From the NCBI GenBank assembly GCA_963835065.1, contig CAWIEK010000063.1, positions 96,001 through 160,000 of the forward strand: 64,000 nucleotides of DNA, in the 5' to 3' direction. The notes under the pieces are model-generated. The model had not been told where the DNA came from. It ran no database searches and was given only the letters and a program-made list of their open reading frames with translations. The stretch is from an uncultured Chthonomonadaceae bacterium. GTDB taxonomy: Bacteria > Armatimonadota > Chthonomonadetes > Chthonomonadales > Chthonomonadaceae. The position numbers and the translations under genes were made by a program. Of this stretch, positions 1 through 8,855 are shown piece by piece; the stretch's first letter is position 1, and each line of letters begins with the position of its first letter.

Positions 1-1719
1 AATCTGGCCGAAACCGCGCTTGCGGGCGAACTGGAAGGCGGCGTTGCCGGTTTTTTAGCCCGCATGTCGCTGCAAAAGAACAGCGGCATGACGGCGGATG
101 TTTATAAGCACGACGGCAGCAGCGAGGACATGGATTTCGCGCGCTGCTGGCGGGCGTACGAGAAAGAAAAAGCCAAAAAAGGGTTTCGGGAGTTCGATGA
201 TTTAATTCTGGACGCGGGCGCGCTGCTTTCCAAGCGGGAGGATACGCGCAGGCTGCTGGCGGACCGCTTTACGCACATCATCGTGGATGAGTGTCAGGAC
301 ATGAATCAGCCGCAATATGCCGTCGCGTTCGCGCTGGCGCAGGATCATAAGAATTTGATGCTTGTGGGCGATCTCGACCAATCGCTTTACGGCTTCCGGG
401 GCGCGGATACGGTCACCTTCAAGCATTTTGCCGCCAACCCCCGCACCCGCGTCTATGAGCTGCGGGAAAACTACCGCTGCACCCAAAACATTCTGGCGTT
501 TGCCGACAGCCTGATACGGCAGGACGAGAACCGCCGCGCCCTGGCCTTCGTTCCCACCCGTCCCGAAGGTGAACCCGTCACCTGGGAGCGCTACCCCGAC
601 CCCGACCTGGAAGCGCTGGACGTTGGCGAACAGATTCTGCATCTGAACAAACGCGGTATCGCCTGGCGCGACATCGCCGTTTTGTACCGCACCAATGCCC
701 AGAGCGAAGCCTTCGAGCGCCACTTCGCCGGCCTGGAAATCCCCTACGCCCTCCGCGACGACGGCGACTTCTACGCCCGCAAGGAAGTGCAGGGGGTGCT
801 GGCGTACCTTAACTTCTTTCAGGGAACAGGGAACAGGGAACAGGGAACAGAAAAGTCCCATGCTGCCATAGCGCGGCGTGAATCAAAGAAGGAACAAGAT
901 AATTCTGTTCCCTGTTCCCTGTTCCCTGTTCCCTACCCGGATGAATGGCTCCTCGCCCTGCTCAACGTGCCGAGCCGCAAGATCAGCCGGGGCACGGGGG
1001 CGCAATTGCGGACGACGGCGGAAGTGCGGGGCAAGCGTATCTGGGATATTCTGCCCCACTTCCACGCCGATGATTTGAAAACGCACAAAGGGCTGAAGTC
1101 GCTTGTCGGCGAACTTCAGCGCATTGACGAGAAGATCAAAAACATTGCCGATGCCGGGGAAGCCATTCGCATCATTCGCGCCGTAACCTATTTCGACGAC
1201 TGGCTGCGCCGCGAAGAGCAGAATGACCGCGACAATGACCGTATCCAGAACATCCAACGGATGCAGGCGGCGGCGGCGCACTACCCGACGATAGGCGAGT
1301 ATCTGGCCGCTGTGGAAAAAGTGCGGACGGAAGCGGAGCGGCGCAAAGCCGAGCGCAAGAAAAAGCGGCGCAACGAGGATGAAGTGACGCTGGCAACCGG
1401 GCACTCCGCCAAAGGTTTGGAGTGGCGCTACGTGTTTGGCGTCGGCTGGTCCGAGGAGATTTTGCCCCACCGCAAGGCCGAAGACATCAGCGAGGAACGG
1501 CGCATCGCGTATGTCATCGCTACGCGGGCGCGGGATCAGTTCTTCGTCTCGTCCCTCGATAGCTGGAACGACGCCATTGTCGCGCCCTCCCGTTTCCTGT
1601 CCGGCGTACAGGTCGCTTCACCCGCCGCTCGTGAAATGCCGCCCGAAGCGGAAGCAGTCAACCTGAAACCGGAACCGGAAGCGGAGGATTTGTTGGGCGG
1701 GCTGTTTTTGGCGTTGTAG
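1..1719 (+). CDS. UvrD/PcrA/Rep-family SF1 DNA helicase (5' part outside window)
   Basis: Motifs IIVDECQD, VGDLDQSLYGFRGA, LRENYRC, AVLYRTNAQS, TGHSAKGLEW, EERRIAYVIATRAR; no Walker A within the window, so the gene begins upstream. Confidence 0.92.
   Translation, partial: NLAETALAGELEGGVAGFLARMSLQKNSGMTADVYKHDGSSEDMDFARCWRAYEKEKAKKGFREFDDLILDAGALLSKREDTRRLLADRFTHIIVDECQDMNQPQYAVAFALAQDHKNLMLVGDLDQSLYGFRGADTVTFKHFAANPRTRVYELRENYRCTQNILAFADSLIRQDENRRALAFVPTRPEGEPVTWERYPDPDLEALDVGEQILHLNKRGIAWRDIAVLYRTNAQSEAFERHFAGLEIPYALRDDGDFYARKEVQGVLAYLNFFQGTGNREQGTEKSHAAIARRESKKEQDNSVPCSLFPVPYPDEWLLALLNVPSRKISRGTGAQLRTTAEVRGKRIWDILPHFHADDLKTHKGLKSLVGELQRIDEKIKNIADAGEAIRIIRAVTYFDDWLRREEQNDRDNDRIQNIQRMQAAAAHYPTIGEYLAAVEKVRTEAERRKAERKKKRRNEDEVTLATGHSAKGLEWRYVFGVGWSEEILPHRKAEDISEERRIAYVIATRARDQFFVSSLDSWNDAIVAPSRFLSGVQVASPAAREMPPEAEAVNLKPEPEAEDLLGGLFLAL
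821..934. repeat. In-frame inverted heptamer repeat (AGGGAAC)4..(GTTCCCT)4 inside the helicase
   Basis: 32-bp perfect inverted arms at 821-852 and 903-934; total 114 bp = 38 codons. Confidence 0.93.
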
Positions 1720-2047
1720 GGGTTCAGGGATTAGGAACTTCTTGACGGTGTGTAACGTTACAAACAGGGTTTTAACATTTTCTTAATCTTGGAAACGCTT
1801 GCTGTGAAATACTGGCCGAGCATTGAAAATACCCGGCAGGAAAGTGCAAGCGTCTTACAGACGCGATTCCCTACATCAAGATTCCCGCGTCTGTAAGATG
1901 CTTGTTTTGTCCTGCCGGGTACTTTCAGTACCCGGCAACAGACAGGATACGCCCATTTCACAGCAGGCGTTGGAAACACTTTCTTGTGCAGACGGCCCAT
2001 TCTAGTCAATCAAACCTGATCCCTAATCCCTAACCCCTAATCTCTAC
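1717..2047. repeat. Nested palindromic intergenic element bounded by CCCTAAT-type heptamers
   Basis: Arms 1824-1865/1886-1927 and 1794-1810/1955-1971; alternative hairpin 1913-1937. Confidence 0.75.
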
Positions 2048-2064
2048 ATGAAGGAGCGATTCCA

Positions 2065-3054
2065 ATGTCGAAAGCCGCGCCCAAGCCCAAAGTGAAGCAT
2101 GCCGCCAAGCCCAACGCCGGCCATTCCGGCAAACATTCTGAAAAACCTGCGCCCAAACCGAAGCGCAAGGCCATGCCTACCCTGCCGCAACACCAGTTTC
2201 CCGCGCCTTATGACCGCCTGCTGGCAATGGGCGAAGTGGATGGGGATTTCGTCGCGTACAAGCAATTTGCAGGAGAATTGGGACGTGGAAACGCGCAGGA
2301 GGCGGTTGCGCGTCTAACGGCTATTGCGCTGGATCGCTCGTTTGAACAGTATGACGACGATGCTAACCCCGATTTGGACGATCCGCGCTTATGGACGCGC
2401 CTTCACGCAGTGGGTATTCTGACGCAAATGGGCGACGCGGCGCAGGCTGCTATTGAGCCTTTATTGCCTCTTTTGGACGATGAAGACGACTGGCTGCGCG
2501 AGGAACTGCCCGTGTTTTACGCCCATATAGGACAGCCTGCCGTCGAGCCGCTGCGCCGCATCCTGCAAAACGGGGAATTGGACACGTACCGGCGCACGGG
2601 CGCGGGTGACAGTCTGGAGCAGATGGCAGAACACCGTCCCGAACTGCGCGCCACCATTGTCCCCCTGCTGGAGCAGGCGCTGATAGACGCCGGGCAGGAC
2701 GATGTACTGGCCTCGTTTCTGGTGTGCAACCTGCTCGATTTGAACGCCAAAGAAAGCCTGCCCCTGATACAGCAGGCGTTCGCGGAAGATCGCGTAGACT
2801 TGTCCGTTGTCGGCATGGAGGATGTGGAGGAGCATTTCGGAATAATTACAGAGGGAAAAGGGAAAAGGGAAAAGGGAAAAGAAGAAAGGGAAGCGGAAGA
2901 TACGGGCGGGGAAAACATTGCTGCGAGTGGAGACGTAGAAGACAGGGATAGTATTCCTGCGGCGGCTCCTTTTGTGAAGCCGGTGAAGTTGGGGCGCAAT
3001 GAGCCGTGCTGGTGCGGCAGTGGCAAGAAATTCAAACAATGTCACGGCGGCTGA
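2065..3054 (+). CDS. HEAT-repeat/DUF1186-like protein with C-terminal SEC-C motif
   Basis: [25 protein letters not shown]-like [27 protein letters not shown]. Confidence 0.85.
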   Translation: MSKAAPKPKVKHAAKPNAGHSGKHSEKPAPKPKRKAMPTLPQHQFPAPYDRLLAMGEVDGDFVAYKQFAGELGRGNAQEAVARLTAIALDRSFEQYDDDANPDLDDPRLWTRLHAVGILTQMGDAAQAAIEPLLPLLDDEDDWLREELPVFYAHIGQPAVEPLRRILQNGELDTYRRTGAGDSLEQMAEHRPELRATIVPLLEQALIDAGQDDVLASFLVCNLLDLNAKESLPLIQQAFAEDRVDLSVVGMEDVEEHFGIITEGKGKREKGKEEREAEDTGGENIAASGDVEDRDSIPAAAPFVKPVKLGRNEPCWCGSGKKFKQCHGG

Positions 3055-3116
3055 GGGGAGTTTCCTCTTTTGCCGTTGGCGTGTGTTGTTTGACGGTCAG
3101 GCAGCGAGCAATTCTT

Positions 3117-3752
3117 ATGCGCGACATGACAATTTATCTTTTGATGTGCATGATGGCTTTTGCCATGCTTTTCATCAGCATGTTTTTGACGGTCAGCCTG
3201 TCGGCAAACCCTTACGCGCAAGTGGCCTTTGCAACGCTTGGCCTCCTGATTGCCGCGCTCTGGCTGCGGCGGATAGTTCGGCAATGGAAGCAGGCGCGGC
3301 GATTGCGGCAGGCGCAGGTTTCCAAGTTGGCCGAGTCCCTGACGCCGCAATTGCAGGGCGAGTTTTCGCCGTATGTGATCGAAGCGGCGGAACGTTTGGG
3401 CGAAGCACGGGATACGACCGCCGTTCCCGCCTTGATTGTCGCGCTGGAGCATTGCGTGGAAACGCAGCGCCCCGGCTGGCGTGACCGCGCCGCAGCCCTT
3501 GCCGACGCATTGGGACGTATAGGAGACCGCCGCGCCCTGTCTCTGCTTTACCGTCTTGACAACGTGCGCGGCATCGGCTTAATTCCCGCCGTGCGCAACG
3601 CCATCGCCGCCATCGAACCACAAACCAGCCTGCTCCGCGCCGGCAGCGCCGACAATGTACCCCCGCAATCCCTCCTGCGCTCCGTTCAGCAACGCCCCCA
3701 GGCCGAAGAAGCAACAGTTTTGCTGCGCAGCGTGGAGGTAGTTGATAGTTGA
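3117..3752 (+). CDS. Membrane-anchored HEAT-repeat protein
   Basis: Two N-terminal hydrophobic helices, then AAERLGE..AVPALI and ALGRIGDRRAL; start codon inferred. Confidence 0.7.
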   Translation: MRDMTIYLLMCMMAFAMLFISMFLTVSLSANPYAQVAFATLGLLIAALWLRRIVRQWKQARRLRQAQVSKLAESLTPQLQGEFSPYVIEAAERLGEARDTTAVPALIVALEHCVETQRPGWRDRAAALADALGRIGDRRALSLLYRLDNVRGIGLIPAVRNAIAAIEPQTSLLRAGSADNVPPQSLLRSVQQRPQAEEATVLLRSVEVVDS

Positions 3753-3760
3753 AGGGTAGG

Positions 3761-3834
3761 AAATGATGAGTGATGAGTAATGAGTGATGAATGGAATTCC
3801 TATCTCATCACTCATCATTCCACGTTCATCATTT
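3761..3834. repeat. ~72-bp TGATGAG/CTCATCA hairpin element, intergenic copy
   Basis: Near-identical copies at ~6913-6983 and ~23667-23739. Confidence 0.85.
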
Positions 3835-3857
3835 GTCCCTCAACTCTCAACTCTCAA

Positions 3858-5522
3858 CTATTTCCCCGCTTCCGCATTGAACGTGTAGTGCGTAATCGAG
3901 TATTGGTTCAGTTCCCCGTTTAGAACGATCATGTCAATGCCCCTCAAGATTGGGTGTTGAGGATTTTCGATTTTCGATTTTCGATTTTCGATTGGAGGCA
4001 GGGAATTGGGAATTGTAGATGGGGAATTTGGGATTGGGGGCGGTGGGGCGCTGAAGGTTAGGACGGCGCAGGAGAAGGCTACGCCTTTGTCTTTGTCGAG
4101 ATAGCGCCCGCCTGCCGCGCCGGTTGTGCCGGCGTTGCACAGAATGGTTTTCAGGGCGGAAGCAGGCTGTGCGCTTGACGGCGGAAGGGCGGCTTCTGTG
4201 ACGTCGTGCGTTTCGATATAGTAGCGGTGTTCGTGTCCACATAGAATAAGCGGGACGAGGCCCCATAGAGCGCGCGATTCTTCCGGGTCATGTACGGCGA
4301 TAATGTCGGGAATCGCAGGTTGGGCGCGGACGGCTTGCAGCAGTTTGTCGCGCTGCGCCTGAATTTGCGCGTCGCTTGTGTCCACGCTGCCTACGCCGTC
4401 GCGCTGCGAGGCGGGATTGGGCAGGCCGAGCAGCGTCACGCCGTCTATGGTTACCAGTTGCCCGTTGAGTTGGGTGACGTTGGGCTGTCCGGCGAGAGCG
4501 CTGCCGACCGCCTGCGAGTCATGGTTGCCAAGCACGGACACGTAGGGGTAGGGCAGTTTGCCGACGCTGGCTGCCAGAGCGGTTTCCGCCGGGCTGCCGA
4601 AGTCGGTCAGATCGCCCGTATCCACGATGAACTTTACTTTGAACTGATCGGCCACTTGCCGCACAAAGTTCATGGAAGCCGGGTTGTTGTGAATATCGGA
4701 AATGTGGAGAATACGGAACGTGTTTGGGCCGTCGTCCAGTCCCACGCCGTTAATCGGCGTGTTGATACGCCCGTACAGCACATCCAAATTTTTGGCGACG
4801 GATTGTAATTTCTGCGACAGGGCTTCGATTTTGGTGAACGCATCCTTGCCGAACTGAATCACCCAGGGGGCCTGCTTCAGCGTTCCCGTATAGATGGGCG
4901 CGCGAAAGGCGTGGTTGTCGAACGTTGTCAGGATATTGCCGAGCAAGACGCCGACCACAAGCATACCGAGCAGCATCGCGCTGATGTACCAGCGCGTTCG
5001 GCGGGCGCGAAACAGCAGGGGGGCGAGCAGCCCGCCCAATGCGGCCACAACAAACTGCCGCAAAACAAAATTCCGCAAGTCTGCCCGCGCCGTTTTCTCA
5101 AAATCCTGCGCCAAATCGTCGCGGTTAGGATTGCTTTCGACAAGTTTCTTGATCTCGTCTACCTGAATCTCTTCCAGCGTGGCGATTAGGGCAACGGGCG
5201 CGACGTGCGTATACGCCTGCACTTCCCCAAGCGGGCGCAGTACCAGCGTGGTCAGGCCGCGCTTGGCGGGCAGCAGGCGCAACTCCACCTGAAAGCCGTG
5301 CCAGCGATAGGCCGAGCGTCCCAGCGTACACACGCTCAACGCCGAACCCCACAGCGCCAGCAGCACGAACAGAGTTGCCAGCCCGACACGCGCCAGCCAG
5401 CGTTGGAGGCGTCGTAACGCGCCTTTGCCCTGTGCCGCATGGCTGTTTGCGCCCCTCACGGTACTATTGTCAGCGCCCTTTGCTCCTGCCCCGTTGCTGT
5501 TGTCTATCGTGCCCTTCCTCAT
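3858..5522 (-). CDS. Membrane-bound calcineurin-like metallophosphoesterase
   Basis: HISDIH, DTGDL, LGNHD, CGHEH motifs; three TM segments; repeat-derived insert IENRKSKIEN near the C-terminus. Confidence 0.85.
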   Translation of the reverse strand: MRKGTIDNSNGAGAKGADNSTVRGANSHAAQGKGALRRLQRWLARVGLATLFVLLALWGSALSVCTLGRSAYRWHGFQVELRLLPAKRGLTTLVLRPLGEVQAYTHVAPVALIATLEEIQVDEIKKLVESNPNRDDLAQDFEKTARADLRNFVLRQFVVAALGGLLAPLLFRARRTRWYISAMLLGMLVVGVLLGNILTTFDNHAFRAPIYTGTLKQAPWVIQFGKDAFTKIEALSQKLQSVAKNLDVLYGRINTPINGVGLDDGPNTFRILHISDIHNNPASMNFVRQVADQFKVKFIVDTGDLTDFGSPAETALAASVGKLPYPYVSVLGNHDSQAVGSALAGQPNVTQLNGQLVTIDGVTLLGLPNPASQRDGVGSVDTSDAQIQAQRDKLLQAVRAQPAIPDIIAVHDPEESRALWGLVPLILCGHEHRYYIETHDVTEAALPPSSAQPASALKTILCNAGTTGAAGGRYLDKDKGVAFSCAVLTFSAPPPPIPNSPSTIPNSLPPIENRKSKIENPQHPILRGIDMIVLNGELNQYSITHYTFNAEAGK

Positions 5523-5567
5523 CCGCCCTGCTCTGCTCCTGTCCGCCTGCTCATCTCATGCACAATA

Positions 5568-5906
5568 TTATGCTACCGCAAAATCGGTGTACTGTCGCAT
5601 ACTCGGATGCTGAAACCCTAAAACTATATCCTCGTTGCGGACGCCCGCCCGCAGGAATTCCGCCGTAATTCCCTCCTCCGTCCAATCCTCCTCAATCCAT
5701 ATCCTGCCATTTTTGATGCGGACATGCACAATGATTCGGGAAACGTGCTTGACGCCCTCCCAACCTACGTCCATAATCATATAGTGGTCATGGGCTTCAT
5801 CGAAGACACATACAGATTCCAAGTCACAGTCTCCCGTTCCATCAGTATAGGGCGAAGCGGAAAGCGCTTGTTTAATCAAATTTCGCCATTTGCGTTGATT
5901 ATCCAT
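5568..5906 (-). CDS. xisI: XisI family protein
   Basis: VFDEAHDHY..GW....IVHVRIKNGRIWIEEDWTEEGI..EFLRAGV..DIVLGFQHP..RQYTDFAVA. Confidence 0.9.
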   Translation of the reverse strand: MDNQRKWRNLIKQALSASPYTDGTGDCDLESVCVFDEAHDHYMIMDVGWEGVKHVSRIIVHVRIKNGRIWIEEDWTEEGITAEFLRAGVRNEDIVLGFQHPSMRQYTDFAVA

Positions 5907-6051
5907 TTACAACCTCCTCTTGTGGAACATCCACTACCAGGAACGCCAGATCATACTGCTTCACAATCGCTTGTACCGCTTTTCTTCCAAAGACATTGCT
6001 GTACGCGACGGTACTGACGGCCAGATACAGTTTACGCTCTGGCTCTATTTC
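5899..6051 (-). pseudogene. xisH: 5'-truncated XisH (C-terminal ~50 codons only)
   Basis: Manual translation EIEPERKLYLAVSTVAYSNVFGRKAVQAIVKQYDLAFLVVDVPQEEVV, overlapping the xisI start; no start codon. Confidence 0.75.
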
Positions 6052-6059
6052 CTAGACCT

Positions 6060-8165
6060 CTAAATGTAGATTTTGTAGGTTTGCAGGTGCTGGAGGGGGC
6101 CGTACAGCGCCCACAGCGAACCGATGATATAATCTCCTAAAATCAGGCCGAGGAAAAACGGAATCGCCGCGTTGTAGGTTTTCATGCCGCCGAAGCGCAC
6201 CAGAATGGATTTTAACGCCCACGCCACGAAGAAGCAGAACCAGAAGTAGTCCATTGCATACGATACGGCCAGCGCGTACCCGGCGGGATGGAACGGCCAC
6301 CACAGGAAATTGGTTCTCATGCCGCGCAGGAAAATCACCAGCAGGAACCCGCCCGCAATGTAAAACATCTGCGTGATGTTTACCTTTGCGGGCGTACTCA
6401 GCCAGTCGTGCAGGCGCTCGTAGCTTTCCCCGCCCACCCACTGCTTGAAGCCCACCGCTTTGGCTGTCGCGCCTTCCGTAAACGTGACGTGGAGATTGGC
6501 CCAGTACGCGCACAGCGTTCCCCAAATGAGGGCAATCACCAGCACTTTCAGGATAGAACTTTGCCGGATGCGCGCGGTTTCGCCCATCTTCATGGCTTCC
6601 AGTTCGTTGGGCATGGGATGGCAGCGATAGCCCCGGTTGAACCAGTACATCGTGGACATAGCGGTCAAACTCTGCGCCCCAATCGCCTGACTGCCGAACA
6701 GCGTGACCAGAATCAGGCGCGGATTGACAAAGTAAATCTCGTGCGGCGTTCCCAATTCCGCCCGAACGCGCGTCAGCGTCAGGGCGAGCAGAAAGTACAG
6801 CCCGAAGAACAGCACCGCCACCCAGGGCGTCAGCCCAATCTTCCAGCTATACCCCGCCAGTATCACCATCCCCACGCCGATGCCGATAAACGCGCCGCGA
6901 TACTGCTTTTGTAATGATGAGTGATGAGTGATGAGTGATGAATGGGATTTTAATTCATCACTCATCATTCCTCGTTCATCACTTCTCCATGCCGTTCGCC
7001 ACGCCAGCCGGAACTGTTTGCGCAGCGCCCAGACAATCGTTAAGCCCCAGGCGATCCATGCGCCACTGGCCTGCTGCTCGAAGTAGGGGAAGCCCTGACT
7101 GCCCGGCCCGTCCAAACCGCTGGCCGCGCCGAACACTTGAAACAGTTTGCGGGCAACGAAGAAGAACCAGCAGGAAAACGATAAATCCAGCGGGACAAAG
7201 AACGCTAGTCCGATGGCGAAGGGGTACAGCGAGATGTTGGTGACGCCAATCGCGCTCCAGGGGCGGGCGGTCACGAACTGCCCCATGTTATACAGCTTGA
7301 TGATTTCCAGATAGGGCAGGGAGGGGTAGATGGTATGCAGGCCGTTGATGCTGTCAATCAGCGCGGCGAGGGCGAACCCGGCCCACATCATGCGGCTGGT
7401 AAACAAACTTGCGCCCGTTGCGGTTTTGCCGCTGTTGTCGTCGGTCATGGCAAGCGGAAGCTGCACGATGGGAAAGGCCAGTCGCTCGTTGTCGCTCCAA
7501 TGGCTGCGGATAAGGATGTTCAGGCACAGGCAGACGCCAATCAGAGTGCCGATGAACAGCGTCCACCACGCAAGGGGAAGCACGAACGGCCCCCAGTAGC
7601 GCGGGTCGTAGGGGTTGGCGTTGCCTAAGTAGTAGGCTTTGAGGGCGTCGGGGTCGCGCACGATCCAGAAGGAGGGCAGGAACGCGAAAAACAGATCGCC
7701 CCACTTGTTTTCTTTGGTGGCGAAGCGGTCCGCGTGTCCAATCGCGCCGAACAGGTTCTGGAACATATCATGCCCGGCCAGCAGGGTTCCGATGACCAGA
7801 ATGATGTAGATGGTGAGCAGTTCCGGCTGCGAGAAACTCCAGCGGGGCGCAAGGCGGGGCAGAAAGCGGCGCAATCCTAAATTCAGCAGGCACAGCCAGA
7901 ACAAAAAGAAAATGGGCGTAATGAACAGGGGCAGGCTGGTTCCGTCCAGCGTATACCAGCGCACTTCCACAACCGTAATCCAGAATGTGTTGGGCACGGT
8001 CAGCAGCAGGCCGAGCAAAACCGCGCGCAGCGAGACATTCCGCAATGTTTGCTCGGAGGCAGGCGATTGCGCCGATGCAGGCACAGACGCAGGCATGGAC
8101 GACAGGGCGTTTTCAGACGCAGAAGCGGGCGTTGCGCCGCGCATGGGAGGCTTCGTTGGTTCCAT
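6060..8165 (-). CDS. Polytopic membrane protein (DUF6785/DUF6784-like, putative transporter)
   Basis: Many TM segments; W...ERLAFPIVQLP, WWPFHPAGYA, PFFLGLILGD; carries an in-frame hairpin repeat. Confidence 0.7.
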   Translation of the reverse strand: MEPTKPPMRGATPASASENALSSMPASVPASAQSPASEQTLRNVSLRAVLLGLLLTVPNTFWITVVEVRWYTLDGTSLPLFITPIFFLFWLCLLNLGLRRFLPRLAPRWSFSQPELLTIYIILVIGTLLAGHDMFQNLFGAIGHADRFATKENKWGDLFFAFLPSFWIVRDPDALKAYYLGNANPYDPRYWGPFVLPLAWWTLFIGTLIGVCLCLNILIRSHWSDNERLAFPIVQLPLAMTDDNSGKTATGASLFTSRMMWAGFALAALIDSINGLHTIYPSLPYLEIIKLYNMGQFVTARPWSAIGVTNISLYPFAIGLAFFVPLDLSFSCWFFFVARKLFQVFGAASGLDGPGSQGFPYFEQQASGAWIAWGLTIVWALRKQFRLAWRTAWRSDERGMMSDELKSHSSLITHHSSLQKQYRGAFIGIGVGMVILAGYSWKIGLTPWVAVLFFGLYFLLALTLTRVRAELGTPHEIYFVNPRLILVTLFGSQAIGAQSLTAMSTMYWFNRGYRCHPMPNELEAMKMGETARIRQSSILKVLVIALIWGTLCAYWANLHVTFTEGATAKAVGFKQWVGGESYERLHDWLSTPAKVNITQMFYIAGGFLLVIFLRGMRTNFLWWPFHPAGYALAVSYAMDYFWFCFFVAWALKSILVRFGGMKTYNAAIPFFLGLILGDYIIGSLWALYGPLQHLQTYKIYI

Positions 8166-8210
8166 GCGCTAATCATAGCAAATTTCAACAAAAGACGCAA
8201 GAGGCAGGAA

Positions 8211-8507
8211 TCACGTTGTTTTCTGTGGCGACGCCCGACGGAACAGGAGGGGCAGAATCCGTTCCTGTACGAACTCGTAAACCGCCTCGTCTTCCGCCTC
8301 CGCGTCTTCCAAAGGCATGATAATACGCCCCGCCTCCTGATACAATGCGCCGAGTTCGTCTGTCGTCAGGGCAACATCCTGTACGCCTGCTTCTTCATCG
8401 CTGCTTACGAAACGCTCCCATCCTGTCAACAGGTCGAGCAGGCGCGTACCCGCTGTTTTCACTTCCGTTTTTGTTGTGATTTGTTCGGCTACTGCAGTGT
8501 TCGTCAT
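8211..8507 (-). CDS. Hypothetical small acidic protein
   Basis: ORF MTNTAVAEQ... with AGGAG upstream. Confidence 0.55.
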   Translation of the reverse strand: MTNTAVAEQITTKTEVKTAGTRLLDLLTGWERFVSSDEEAGVQDVALTTDELGALYQEAGRIIMPLEDAEAEDEAVYEFVQERILPLLFRRASPQKTT

Positions 8508-8589
8508 GGCTTCTCCTGAGATAGGAACGGCGTGAAGGACTATACCCATTATACAACACTATGGGACTGTAAATCTATAACTTCCCAGA

Positions 8590-8613
8590 GGGCACAACAT
8601 GTTGTGCCCCTAC
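8590..8613 (-). repeat. REP-like element (GTAG + 20-bp palindrome)
   Basis: GTAG-GGGCACAACATGTTGTGCCC on the minus strand. Confidence 0.65.
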
Positions 8614-8855
8614 AATCGAGAACTTGTTCTTTTATGGATCCCATATGTCCTTCGTAAAGAACAAGCTCACGCCGGCATACTGCATGGTATGTAATAGACT
8701 GATGGCACAGCTAGAGGAATTCTATTTTAATCTGTTGAATATAGAGCGTGAAATGAAAATCATCTTGTTTTTGCGGCAGCCGTGTCAGGATGCGGCAAGT
8801 GAACGAACACCTTTAAGGCGACAGTTTTTTCAGAAGGCCGGGCAGGAGTTTTGGC

